Assembly (NCBI GenBank): GCA_022791195.1
Contig: JAAVYP010000007.1
Location: 2,215 to 66,214 of the forward strand
Direction of reading: 5' to 3'
DNA: 64,000 bases
Origin: Clostridiales bacterium
GTDB taxonomy: Bacteria > Bacillota > Clostridia > Oscillospirales > CAG-272
Below the pieces are notes generated by a model. The model saw only the letters and a program-made list of their open reading frames with translations. It did no database searches and was not told the DNA's origin. This document shows, piece after piece, positions 54,542 to 64,000 of the stretch. Position 1 is the first letter of the stretch, and each line of letters begins with the position of its first letter. The position numbers and the translations under genes are program-made.

Positions 54542-56745
54542 TGGGTAAATCCTCTGACAACGCTGTTGACGTTGGGTATCTTTTTTAATCGCGACACGAT
54601 GGAGTGAAAATGCTCTAAATTTTTACAACTAATCACCAAGTTAAGCATCATCGCACCCTCCTTTTTCTGCATGTTGATCTGATGCAGGGCAATATGCATA
54701 TCGGCAAGCGCCGTCGATATATCCGATACCAGCGAAATGGAATCGTTGGCATAAATCTGAAGATACGCCTCAAACAAGCTGTCATTTGACGCTGCGCTGC
54801 CGTGGTTTTGCCAGAAGGCAGTGACAAAGCGCTCGCGATTTTCTCCATTGTTGTAAAGCCGCCCCACGTTGGGACAATCGAGCTTGTGAATCGAAACGCC
54901 GAATCCCTTGGTAATAAAGCCGGTAATGGCGTCACCCGGCAGCGGATTGCAGCATTTGGCAAATTTCACGCTGCACCCCTCTACCCCGTCAATTACAACA
55001 CCGCCGAGACTGCGCTTGCCGGCCGGCTTTGTATAGACTTGATCGACCGAAATAATCTCCGGATTGCTCGCTTTCTCACGAATTGTCCGATCAAATTCAT
55101 CTTTAATACGGGGCGAGAGCTTGCTCATAGAAAGGCCGCCATAGCCCACTGTATTATATAAATCCTCGACACTTTGAATCCCAATGCGAGCCGCCACGCT
55201 GGTCAGCAGCTGGTTTTTCTGCTCTTCGGTATAAGGACAGCCATACCGGCGCATCTCGTGCTCAATTTCCGCGCGGCCCACATCAATATTTTCGCTTCGC
55301 TTTTCTTTTTTAAACCAAGAACGAATTTTGTTGCGTGCCTCAGCCGTTCTGACAATTTTAAGCCAGTCTCGGCTGGGGCCTTTCGAGGCGCCAGATGTAA
55401 TAATCTCCACAATCTCGCCATTTTGCGGAATCGTGTCAATCGGACAAATCATACCGTTAATTTTGGCGCCCGTCATTTTATTGCCAACCTCAGAATGGAT
55501 GGCATAGGCAAAATCGATCACCGTTGAACCCTGGGGCAGAGTCACCACATCCCCTTTTGGTGTAAAAACAAAGGTTTCATCGTGAAAAATATCAATCTTA
55601 AGCGAGCGCATAAACTCTTCCGGATCGATTTCTTCCCGCTCGATTTCAATGAGTCTGGCAATCCATTTCAGCTTTTCGTCAATTTCCTCTTTACTCTGCT
55701 CACCGGTTTTATATTTCCAATGCGCAGCAATACCATACTCGGCAATCTGATGCATTTTCCAGGTGCGAATCTGCACTTCAAAAGGCACGCCGTCCCGTCC
55801 GATCACGGTGGTATGGATCGACTGATACATATTCGGCTTTGGCGTTGAAATATAATCCTTGAAGCGACCCGGAATTGAGTTATACATCTCGTGAATAATA
55901 CCTAACACCGAATAACATTCCAGCTCGGTCTGTGTAATAACCCGCAGCGCATAAAAATCATAAATTTCGTCAAAGCTTTTGTTTTGCTCGAACATTTTGC
56001 GATATATGCTGTAGACGTTTTTCACCCGTCCCTCTAAGGTAAAATTCAACCCTTCTTTTGATAAACGGTTTGAAATTTGCCGGCGCACATTTTCCACAAA
56101 ATCAATATTTTCGCCAAATTTGGCTTCAATATGGGTTTGTACTTCTTTAAAGCCAATCGGATCCAAATAAGAAAGCGCTAAATTCTCAAGCTCATTCTTG
56201 ATTTTCTGCATACCAAGGCGGTGTGCCAGCGGCGCATACACGTTCATCGTTTCCAGCGCGGTCAGGCGCTGTTTTTCCTCCGCTTTTGCGTTCAGCGTTC
56301 TCATATTATGCAGTCGGTCGCACAGTTTGATAAAAATCACGCGGATGTCCTTGCTCATCGCCAAAAACATCTTGCGCAGATTTTCCATATTCTGATCGTC
56401 CCGGTCCTCATATTTAATCTGGACCAACTTGGTCAGACCGTCAACCAACAGCGCAATTTCGCCGCCAAAGCGTTTTTGAATCTCTTCGATCGAGGTTTTG
56501 TCTGAACAGTCCTCTACCACGTCATGCAGCAGCGCCGCGCAAATGGAATCAGAATCCAGCTCTAACCCCGCGACCAGCTCAGCTACTGCCAGCGGATGGC
56601 TGATATATTCCTCTCCGCTGGCTCGATACTGCCCTTCATGCAGCGCTTTGGCATACTCGTACGCTTGCATGATTTTTTCTTTATCATAATTTTTTCCCGT
56701 GCTTTCCAGCGTGAGAAAAAGTTTTTCAATTCCCGTTTTCTCCAT
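54538..56745 (-). CDS. relA: bifunctional (p)ppGpp synthetase/hydrolase RelA/SpoT
   Basis: HD domain (HPLAVA...LHDVVED), synthetase (YRSIH-like QSIHTTV), TGS and ACT domains. ATG 56745 lies 2 nt after the recJ stop; the track start 56835 is an extension into recJ. Confidence 0.93.
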   Translation of the reverse strand: MEKTGIEKLFLTLESTGKNYDKEKIMQAYEYAKALHEGQYRASGEEYISHPLAVAELVAGLELDSDSICAALLHDVVEDCSDKTSIEEIQKRFGGEIALLVDGLTKLVQIKYEDRDDQNMENLRKMFLAMSKDIRVIFIKLCDRLHNMRTLNAKAEEKQRLTALETMNVYAPLAHRLGMQKIKNELENLALSYLDPIGFKEVQTHIEAKFGENIDFVENVRRQISNRLSKEGLNFTLEGRVKNVYSIYRKMFEQNKSFDEIYDFYALRVITQTELECYSVLGIIHEMYNSIPGRFKDYISTPKPNMYQSIHTTVIGRDGVPFEVQIRTWKMHQIAEYGIAAHWKYKTGEQSKEEIDEKLKWIARLIEIEREEIDPEEFMRSLKIDIFHDETFVFTPKGDVVTLPQGSTVIDFAYAIHSEVGNKMTGAKINGMICPIDTIPQNGEIVEIITSGASKGPSRDWLKIVRTAEARNKIRSWFKKEKRSENIDVGRAEIEHEMRRYGCPYTEEQKNQLLTSVAARIGIQSVEDLYNTVGYGGLSMSKLSPRIKDEFDRTIREKASNPEIISVDQVYTKPAGKRSLGGVVIDGVEGCSVKFAKCCNPLPGDAITGFITKGFGVSIHKLDCPNVGRLYNNGENRERFVTAFWQNHGSAASNDSLFEAYLQIYANDSISLVSDISTALADMHIALHQINMQKKEGAMMLNLVISCKNLEHFHSIVSRLKKIPNVNSVVRGFTQ

Positions 56746-56747
56746 GG

Positions 56748-58868
56748 TTAATCGCACTCTTTTCCGCTTTTTAGTTTCTGATAGATAAGGGACTTCTCTA
56801 AATCCACTTTTGAACGCATGGCATTCACATGACATGCAAACACGTCGCCCTCTGTACCGATGCTTTCTAACCCGATCAGTTCCATCTCTTGAAAAATATC
56901 AAAAATAAACCGCACTTTCGCATAGGATAAACCGTTTGCTTTTTGGGCCGCCTTTTTGACGCTGATCATTTTGTTATACTGCATTTCTTCTTTGACGATC
57001 CGATAAATCATTGCAAAATCCGATCGGCTCGGAATCAAATCCGCCTGTGCAGCATTTTGACTGCCCGCCTGCACGGCGCCATACAGCTTGCGGCCTTCTT
57101 CCAAATAAGCGGCGCTCTCGCCCGCCAAACGAAGCCCGCGTAGAATCATCTGCGCCGTCTTTACTTTCATAAAATCATTCACCGAAAGATGAAAAGCAGC
57201 ATCCACCCGGTCGCCCGCACAAAAATTGGTTTCGCATAAGCGTAAATTAAAAAAAACACCCTCGCAGCGAACGCCTGCTTTCTCTAAAATCATTTTGGTG
57301 TGCTTGCCTGCACCGATGGCTTTAATCTCAGCAATCACCGCATCTTCCAGTACAAACAACGGCTCGGGATTGCCCGTACCATAGGGTTCAAGCATAGACA
57401 ATTCCTCGGCATTCATCACGGTTATTTCTTCTGGCATAAGGGCACAGTCGATCGCCAGCACCTCTTCATACTCATCCGCTTTATGCTCTCTTATGTATTC
57501 ATTTAACTGTTTTTTGAAAGCGGGCAAATTGGCTCTTTCAATGGTGAGTCCTGCCGCTTGCGCATGTCCGCCATACTGCTGCAATAAATCTGAGCAAGAC
57601 GCCAGCGCCTGCACTAAATTGACGCCGCCTGTGCTGCGCCCGCTGCCCTTACCTACATCTCCTTCAAAAGAAATCAAAATGGTGGGCAAGCCATATTTTT
57701 CGGTTAATCGGGAAGCCACAATGCCAATCACGCCTTGGTGCCAATGATCATCGGCCAACACAAGCACTTCGGTATCTGAAAAATCCACTTCTTCGGTGAT
57801 GCTGCGCATGGCCCCCTCTAAAATGGCCGCCTCTTCTTTCTGCCTTGCCGCATTGGTATCACACAATTCTTTCGCAAGCACAGCCGCCTGCCAATCATCA
57901 GTCGACAAAAGAAGAGAAAGCGCCTTTTGTGCGCTGCCAATCCGCCCGGCGGCATTAAGCCGTGGGGCCAAGGTATAGCCGATAAAAGATGAATTGACCT
58001 TTTGTTCCAATCTGGCTCCCGGCGCGGCCGCTTCAATCAAAGCTTTAAGCCCTATGCGGGGATTTTTTTTCATTTGGTTCATCCCAATCCAGACAAGCAG
58101 CCGATTTTCATCCAAAATAGGCATGACGTCTGCAATGGTTCCCACAGCCGCTAAATCGGCATATTCTGTACATATTTTTTTGAGGGCGGCCGTATATGGT
58201 TCGCCCTGTTTCCCGGCAGAGACACAAGACGCACCGGCTTCTAATGCGCACAACAGCTTAAAAACCACGCCAACGCCCGCTAACTCTTTAAAAGGATAGG
58301 AACAATCAGGCCGTTTCGGATTCACCACTGCGGCTGCCTCAGGCAGAATAGCAAGGCAAGTATGATGATCGGTCACAACAAAGGCCATGCCCTTTTCTTT
58401 CGCATAAGCAATTTCATCAATGGCTGTGATGCCGGTATCAACAGTAATAACAAGCGATACACCTTTTGCAAGCAGCGCATCAATCGCCTGTCTGTTCACC
58501 CCATAGCCCTCTTTTTCCCGATGAGGAATATAAAAAGAAACGCGCGCGCCTCTTTCCTGCAAGTACAAATAAAGTGCACATACACTGGTTACGCCATCTA
58601 CATCATAGTCGCCATAGATCACAATTTCTTCGCCGCTATTAATTGCTTGTTCAATCGTTCTGACAGCTAAGTCCATATCTTTCAGCAAAAATGGATCATA
58701 AAATGCTTCTGTTTCTTTGCACAAAAACGCACGCGCCTGTTCTGCCTTTTGATAGCCGCGCTGATAAAGAAGCGCCGCGCTCACCGTTCCGATTTTCAAT
58801 TCCGCCGCAAGAGACAAAAGAGCTGTCTCGTTCTCTTCCCGCACCCGGGCGATATCCCATTTCTTCAT
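56748..58868 (-). CDS. recJ: single-stranded-DNA-specific exonuclease RecJ
   Basis: 706 aa with DHH motifs (YGDYDVDGVTS, VTVDTG, VTDHH) and a DHHA1 domain (GGHAQAAG). Confidence 0.93.
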   Translation of the reverse strand: MKKWDIARVREENETALLSLAAELKIGTVSAALLYQRGYQKAEQARAFLCKETEAFYDPFLLKDMDLAVRTIEQAINSGEEIVIYGDYDVDGVTSVCALYLYLQERGARVSFYIPHREKEGYGVNRQAIDALLAKGVSLVITVDTGITAIDEIAYAKEKGMAFVVTDHHTCLAILPEAAAVVNPKRPDCSYPFKELAGVGVVFKLLCALEAGASCVSAGKQGEPYTAALKKICTEYADLAAVGTIADVMPILDENRLLVWIGMNQMKKNPRIGLKALIEAAAPGARLEQKVNSSFIGYTLAPRLNAAGRIGSAQKALSLLLSTDDWQAAVLAKELCDTNAARQKEEAAILEGAMRSITEEVDFSDTEVLVLADDHWHQGVIGIVASRLTEKYGLPTILISFEGDVGKGSGRSTGGVNLVQALASCSDLLQQYGGHAQAAGLTIERANLPAFKKQLNEYIREHKADEYEEVLAIDCALMPEEITVMNAEELSMLEPYGTGNPEPLFVLEDAVIAEIKAIGAGKHTKMILEKAGVRCEGVFFNLRLCETNFCAGDRVDAAFHLSVNDFMKVKTAQMILRGLRLAGESAAYLEEGRKLYGAVQAGSQNAAQADLIPSRSDFAMIYRIVKEEMQYNKMISVKKAAQKANGLSYAKVRFIFDIFQEMELIGLESIGTEGDVFACHVNAMRSKVDLEKSLIYQKLKSGKECD

Positions 58869-58920
58869 TTTCAGCCCTTTCTGCCATTATGACGTCTGTT
58901 ATTTCGTTACAATGCTTGTC

Positions 58921-59355
58921 TTACAGAGCAGGCTCTGCTTCATCCGAAGCTTTTTGGAGAATTTTGACCACCGTAAGCGAATTTTTCTTTGTTTCTCTAC
59001 GATTCAAAAAAAAGCCCAAAAACAAGAAAGACAGACAGAAAAAACAAAACGATAAAAGATAAGAGGCGAAAACCGATTCAAAAAGAAGCTGCCCCACCCC
59101 GTAAAAGGCCAATCCGATCACAATCGGCAATACAAATATAAAGACCGCATACTTTAAAATAACGCCAGAAGGCGTACTGATTTCTACCAAATCACCAACA
59201 TTTGCTCCGGCTGCATTATATGCCCGTGCCGTGAGTTTCTTTTTACAGCTGGGACAAAACGCCTTTGTATGACAGCCGTCACATGCGCTTTGCCGCACCG
59301 TTTCGACCATAACCATTTCGCCCTCTACCGATAATATTTTTCCATTCTGGACCAA
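58921..59355 (-). CDS. RseC/MucC-family (SoxR-reducing system) membrane protein
   Basis: 144 aa with an N-terminal Cys-rich domain (ACDGCHTKAFCPSC) and two C-terminal TM helices. Confidence 0.7.
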   Translation of the reverse strand: MVQNGKILSVEGEMVMVETVRQSACDGCHTKAFCPSCKKKLTARAYNAAGANVGDLVEISTPSGVILKYAVFIFVLPIVIGLAFYGVGQLLFESVFASYLLSFCFFCLSFLFLGFFLNRRETKKNSLTVVKILQKASDEAEPAL

Positions 59356-59414
59356 TGTTTTTCCCTCTTTCGTTTATCATGAATCGCATGCAAAGCCCTA
59401 TAAAGCATAACACA

Positions 59415-61007
59415 TTATGCTTTATAGCGGCCAATCAGCGTCAGCGCGCAGTGAATGCCGTCAATGGCGGCACTGGTAATGCCGCCGGCATAGCCGGCCC
59501 CCTCGCCGCACGGATATATATTATCAAAGCCCACCGCTGCACCGTCCGCTATCCGAGGCAGCCGCAGCGGCGCTGATGTTCTGGTTTCTACGCCTGTAAG
59601 CAGTGCGTTCGCATCGGCAAAACCGCGCAGTTTGCGGTCAAACTGCGCAATGCCTGTATGCAGGGCTTGGCCAACAAAAGACGGCAGCAGTTCATTGAGA
59701 TTGGCCATAGTCACGCAGCCGTCCCTATAACTGGGCTGAACTGCCGAAGGGAGATGCCCCGTTCGATTTTGCAAAAAATCGCCGACGGTCTGTACCGGCG
59801 CGCGATAATCACTGCCGCCGACACGAAAAGCCTGCTGTTCTAAGTCCCGAACAAAATCGACTGCTTTCCACACGTTATTGCCGTAATCCTCAGGCTGAAC
59901 CGAAACGCACAAAGCGCTGTTTGCATTGACACCGGCTCTGGCATATTCACTCATACCATTGGTGACAACGCCGCCCTCTTCGCTGGCGGCAGCCACGACT
60001 GTGCCGCCAGGACACATACAAAAAGTATAAACGCCGCGGCCGCTGGCATGGGTGGACAGCGCATATTCGCCTTTTGGCAGTTTGGGATGCCCCGCCGCCT
60101 TGCCATACAGCGCCGCATCAATGTTTCTCTGCAAATGCTCAATACGCACGCCCACCGAAAAAGGCTTTGGCTGCATCGTCATGCCGGCCTGGCTGATCAT
60201 TTGATAGGTGTCCCTGGCGCTGTGTCCTAAGGCCAGCACCAGTGCTGCACAGGAAAAATCGCCGCGGGTTGTCTTGACCCCTTTCACCGAACCATTCACC
60301 GTTTCAACACCGATCAGTTTTGTGTTATACAGCACCGTTCCGCCCAACGCTTCGATTCGGTCCGACATATTTTGTACCACGGTCTTCAAACGATCCGTTC
60401 CTATATGCGGCTTTGCTTGGACCATAATCTCTGGCGGTGCGCCAAATTCACAAAAACGAGATAAAACATAGTGACACTTATCATCATTAATGCGCGTCAT
60501 CAGCTTGCCGTCAGAAAACGTACCCGCGCCGCCCGCCCCAAACTGAATATTGCAGTCTGGATTTAAAATGCCCGTTCGGTTAAAGGTTTCCACCGCCTGC
60601 GTGCGTTCTGCTATACTGCCGCCCCGTTCCAGTACGATGGGTGCATACCCATGCTCTGCTAACAGCAGTGCGCAAAACATACCGCACGGTCCAAAACCCG
60701 CTACGACAATCGGCCCTTCTCGTCTTTCGGTCCCGCTTGTCACCTGCAAAGGTGTTTCGTCATAGGCCACTGCATCAAAGGCGGCCAGTTGTTCCGGACT
60801 ATAGGCACCGTCAACCGTAAGGGCCACCGTGTAAACGTAAGAGATTGCATCCTTTTTTCTGGCATCTAACGATTTTTTATAGATACAGGCCGTGTCCTCT
60901 TCGATATGGACGCCACCTAACGGTTTGATTTTTTTAATAGCTTTTTGTATAGCAAACCGTTCGTCCTTGTCAAACGGCAGCCGCAGCCCCCGTACTAAAA
61001 TTCTCAT
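59415..61007 (-). CDS. FAD-dependent oxidoreductase (COG2509-like)
   Basis: 530 aa with the dinucleotide motif VVAGFGPCGMFCALLLA and GAGGAGTFSDGKL. Confidence 0.8.
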   Translation of the reverse strand: MRILVRGLRLPFDKDERFAIQKAIKKIKPLGGVHIEEDTACIYKKSLDARKKDAISYVYTVALTVDGAYSPEQLAAFDAVAYDETPLQVTSGTERREGPIVVAGFGPCGMFCALLLAEHGYAPIVLERGGSIAERTQAVETFNRTGILNPDCNIQFGAGGAGTFSDGKLMTRINDDKCHYVLSRFCEFGAPPEIMVQAKPHIGTDRLKTVVQNMSDRIEALGGTVLYNTKLIGVETVNGSVKGVKTTRGDFSCAALVLALGHSARDTYQMISQAGMTMQPKPFSVGVRIEHLQRNIDAALYGKAAGHPKLPKGEYALSTHASGRGVYTFCMCPGGTVVAAASEEGGVVTNGMSEYARAGVNANSALCVSVQPEDYGNNVWKAVDFVRDLEQQAFRVGGSDYRAPVQTVGDFLQNRTGHLPSAVQPSYRDGCVTMANLNELLPSFVGQALHTGIAQFDRKLRGFADANALLTGVETRTSAPLRLPRIADGAAVGFDNIYPCGEGAGYAGGITSAAIDGIHCALTLIGRYKA

Positions 61008-61999
61008 TTTTTCGTCTCACCGGAGCCGTGGGAATCGTTCTTCGATTCCTCTTTTTTCACGGTCAGCGTCACCTGTTCGGTGCCATCGGCAATCTCTATT
61101 TTCTCATTATCGACAGTTAAATCATACGTCTTGCTGCCCACCAGATCTGCGTCTTTTCCATCCACAATAAAGGTAATATGATCCGCCGTGCTCAAGGCAG
61201 CTTCCTCACCGCGAATTTTCACCTTAGCCGGTGTGACGCTGTAAGAATATTCCTCTTTATCGAAAGAACCGGTAAATTCGGGCACAACCTCTACTTCTTT
61301 TTCGGTCACCACCGGAAAATAAACCGTTACATTTGGATTCGCAATGGTAATATAGGGACTTGTGTAAACCTGGCCATTCGCGTCCACCATTTGCAGCACG
61401 GCATTATAGGTGACTGAACTGCTGATAGAACCCAGCTCAATCGGCGTCACCCTGGCCCGATCCACATTATTAACAAGAGAAGAGGGACCCGAAATCGCGG
61501 TGGTTGTTATCTCGGGCATGGACGATGTGGCCAGAATGCTCGGCGTGCCCATGGAATAACCAAAGCCGCTGGTCACCCCACCGGTATAGATGATTTCTGC
61601 ATCAATGGGCACATATTTCGTCACCATGGATTCAACAAACACCGTCACCTTATTCACACTAAGACCGGAAAGGGTCACGCCATCTACCGGATCTAACTTA
61701 ATATCAAGTCCATATTCGCCGGCCTCTGTAATATTGCCCACATCAACATATGCCACCAAATCCTTGGAACCAAGGCGGTTGAGCAGACTTTTCTTGCCGG
61801 TCACCGTTACATTGACTGAAGCATTTTGTCCGGAAAATACCGAAAGACTGTTTTTCTGCAGCACGGTTTCATTGCGCAGTTCTACCTTAACATCATAAAA
61901 AGTGTCACTATCAAGCGGACTTTCCACGCTCATCACATACAGCCAAAGGGATAGTGCGCAAAGAACAGACAACAAAACAGGTATTATTTTTGCAGTCAT
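61004..61999 (-). CDS. cdaR: YbbR-domain protein CdaR (diadenylate cyclase regulator)
   Basis: 331 aa with an N-terminal TM segment followed by repeated YbbR-like beta domains. Overlaps the cdaA stop. Confidence 0.8.
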   Translation of the reverse strand: MTAKIIPVLLSVLCALSLWLYVMSVESPLDSDTFYDVKVELRNETVLQKNSLSVFSGQNASVNVTVTGKKSLLNRLGSKDLVAYVDVGNITEAGEYGLDIKLDPVDGVTLSGLSVNKVTVFVESMVTKYVPIDAEIIYTGGVTSGFGYSMGTPSILATSSMPEITTTAISGPSSLVNNVDRARVTPIELGSISSSVTYNAVLQMVDANGQVYTSPYITIANPNVTVYFPVVTEKEVEVVPEFTGSFDKEEYSYSVTPAKVKIRGEEAALSTADHITFIVDGKDADLVGSKTYDLTVDNEKIEIADGTEQVTLTVKKEESKNDSHGSGETKK

Positions 62000-62904
62000 T
62001 TTACATCCCCCTTTGTCTCCTTTTGTGTATCTTGATCGCTTTCCGTTTCATCTTTTGATTTCGGCTGCTGCTCGTTTTTTTTCTTTGATTTTGTCTTTTT
62101 AACCGAAGGTTCAACAAATACATTCGTTAAATATTTTTCCAGCGAATGGCGCGTGAACCCACGCCGTAGTTTTCCGTCAGAAGCCACCGAAATAGTGCCT
62201 GTCTCTTCGCTGACAACGATCACCAGTGCATCGCTGTTTTCGCTGGCGCCAATAGCCGCCCGATGGCGCGTACCCAGTTCTTTCATGATTTCTGTTTTCA
62301 TAGTCAGCGGCAAAAAGCAGCCTGCCGCGTGAATGCGGCCGTCTCTGATAATGACAGCGCCATCATGCAGAGGACTTTTATTAAAAAAGATATTGCGCAG
62401 CAAAATCGAAGAAATGTCAGCGTTCACAATAGTACCGCTGTTAATATAATCACCCAGCGGCGTACTGCGCTGCATCACAATCAAAGCACCGGTGCAATCG
62501 GCCGACAAATCATCCGCCGCACGGCAAATTTCCTCTACCATTTTTACATTGGATTTTGATTCCTTTGCGCTGAAAGATTTTAAGCGCTTGGTTTGGCCGC
62601 CGAAACTTTCCAGCATAGAACGCATTTCCGGCTGAAAGACAATGATTACGGCAATTAAGCCAACCTGGAAAATATTGTCCATAATAAACTTGATCGTATT
62701 TAAGCTCAATAAATCACTGATCAAATAAAGAATAAACAGCAACACCAAGCCAACGGCCAGTTTGCTGGCTCTTCGATCCTGCACAAAGCGGAAAATATAA
62801 TACATTACCACTGCAACAATTAAAATATCGACTACATCCGTCACACCAATTGATTTGATCTGACTAGATAAATAAGTATACATATTCTGTAATGCTTCTG
62901 CCAT
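61996..62904 (-). CDS. cdaA: diadenylate cyclase CdaA
   Basis: Three N-terminal TM helices plus a DAC domain (PLHDGAVIIRDGRI..., GTRHRAAIG, VVSEETGTISVA). Confidence 0.92.
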   Translation of the reverse strand: MAEALQNMYTYLSSQIKSIGVTDVVDILIVAVVMYYIFRFVQDRRASKLAVGLVLLFILYLISDLLSLNTIKFIMDNIFQVGLIAVIIVFQPEMRSMLESFGGQTKRLKSFSAKESKSNVKMVEEICRAADDLSADCTGALIVMQRSTPLGDYINSGTIVNADISSILLRNIFFNKSPLHDGAVIIRDGRIHAAGCFLPLTMKTEIMKELGTRHRAAIGASENSDALVIVVSEETGTISVASDGKLRRGFTRHSLEKYLTNVFVEPSVKKTKSKKKNEQQPKSKDETESDQDTQKETKGDVK

Positions 62905-63445
62905 GATATCTCCATTCCGCTGCCATACGCAGCCTCATCATAAACCCCGGGCCGAGGTTCGCTCTTACATAACGGATAAAGATCCCTTTGGATCGATGAT
63001 ATAGGCACACCCGCCGAAAACACAATATCACGCGCTCATCACTCGGCAAGCATCTAAAAACGAAATCTTATATTTATGTTTATCGTGACGATAATCATGT
63101 AAGCAAGCTAAAAATCCAGCGTTCTCCTCAACTGGCATTACGCTTGCGAAAACATAAAGGAAAACTTTTAAGGCAAGTCTTATAACTTACTTCTATTATA
63201 CTATAAAAGAAAATTTTTTACAATGGCTGCTCACTTTGAATTTGTGAAGTTACCACTACGATTTTGTGACCATTCTATGCTAAAGAATCGCTAAGAAAGA
63301 TTCCTTTTTTAATGTACGAACCAATCATTTTATTTATGAATGAGCAAGACTCTTTTCTTTTTCGTAAAAATATGATACCATAAGAACAGTTTTTACGGCT
63401 TTTCTTATTTATCAATTTACCTTCATTTTATGGAAAGGAAATTAC

Positions 63446-64000
63446 ATGAAGCTTTTTTCATCGGTTGTCAATCAGCTCTTGCATCATTCAAACCAGGCCA
63501 CGCCCTTTATATCGGCCATTCTCTTGGCCGGCGGGTCCAGCACACGGATGGGCGGCACCCTCTCAAAACAAATGGCGCTTTTAAACGGCATTCCCGTGAT
63601 TGTGAGAACGATCATGGCCTTTGAGCAAAATGAGGCAATTGATGAAATTATTATTGCCGCCAAAAAAGAAGAAATGATTCGATACAAAGAATTTGCCAAA
63701 CTATATAAATTCACTAAGGTAAAAGCGATTGTCAGCGGAGGCGAAAACAGGCAGGAATCGGCTTTTCGCTGTATTCACAAGCTGAATCCCCAATGTGATT
63801 TTATCCTAATTCATGATGGTGCGAGACCATTGGTCAGCCAAAAGAACATCGAAGATACACTCAAAGCAGCGATAAAATACAATTGTGCCTGTGCGGCTTC
63901 TCGCGCTAAAGATACGGTTAAAATAGCAACAGCGCTTGATTTTATTGAGTCAACGCCCAACCGAGAACGTGTGTGGCAGGCACTGACACCTCAGGTTTTT
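63446..64000 (+). CDS. ispD: 2-C-methyl-D-erythritol 4-phosphate cytidylyltransferase, N-terminal 185 codons (runs off the right edge)
   Basis: Absent from the ORF track because there is no stop in-window. My translation from ATG 63446 (AAGGA upstream) reads MKLFSSVVNQLLHHSNQATPFISAILLAGGSSTRMGG...LIHDGARPLV...DTVK, which contains IspD motifs. Confidence 0.88.
   Translation, partial: MKLFSSVVNQLLHHSNQATPFISAILLAGGSSTRMGGTLSKQMALLNGIPVIVRTIMAFEQNEAIDEIIIAAKKEEMIRYKEFAKLYKFTKVKAIVSGGENRQESAFRCIHKLNPQCDFILIHDGARPLVSQKNIEDTLKAAIKYNCACAASRAKDTVKIATALDFIESTPNRERVWQALTPQVF

Noticed and set aside
62841-63049. Two overlapping ~60-aa minus-strand ORFs upstream of cdaA
   Set aside because: They overlap each other in different frames and extend into the 5' end of cdaA. 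No RBS or recognisable family.
1-64000. Searched for a defence system, toxin-antitoxin pair, prophage, transposon, retron or diversity-generating retroelement (DGR)
   Set aside because: Every sizeable ORF is accounted for by housekeeping, transport, sporulation or regulatory functions. No reverse transcriptase, nuclease-ATPase pairs, integrase or IS features were seen.

Overview
This 64-kb window looks like core chromosome from a spore-forming Clostridia-class Firmicute (sigG, yabO-yabP-yabQ-divIC and a SpoVB-like flippase are present). About 85% is coding, mostly on the minus strand. No transposases, integrases, phage genes, CRISPR or recognisable defence genes were seen. All family calls come from reading the supplied translations for motifs; no database search was run.

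Gene content:
- pyrC-pyrK-pyrD-pyrF-pyrE.
- A ~12.6-kb pur operon: purE-purC-purF-purM-purN-(PurO-type IMP cyclohydrolase)-purH(AICARFT only)-glyA-purD-purL.
- A PepSY lipoprotein pair, and a sigma-70-family factor with a long C-terminal extension.
- A Crp/Fnr regulator with an NMT1-type ABC importer.
- rlmD, a MATE-like transporter, an SNF transporter, tyrA, mgtE, thiamine pyrophosphokinase and two aminopeptidases.
- tRNA-Pro(CGG), coaX with an ECF S-component, and sigG.
- xpt with a BMP-family nucleoside ABC importer, and a lone Fe-S hydro-lyase alpha subunit.
- hemZ-dtd-relA-recJ, cdaA-cdaR and ispD.

The interesting signals are non-coding:
- (1) A 19-codon leader ORF with five consecutive Tyr codons, plus an antiterminator/terminator pair, directly upstream of tyrA. 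This looks like ribosome-mediated attenuation rather than a T-box.
- (2) A tandem array of ~115-nt modules, each a three-way-junction fold plus a terminator-like hairpin. Differences between copies fall only in loops, linkers or wobble-compatible positions.
- (3) A pur-operon leader with a promoter, a terminator and paired 14-nt repeats, but no riboswitch I can recognise.

Smaller oddities are listed in the findings.
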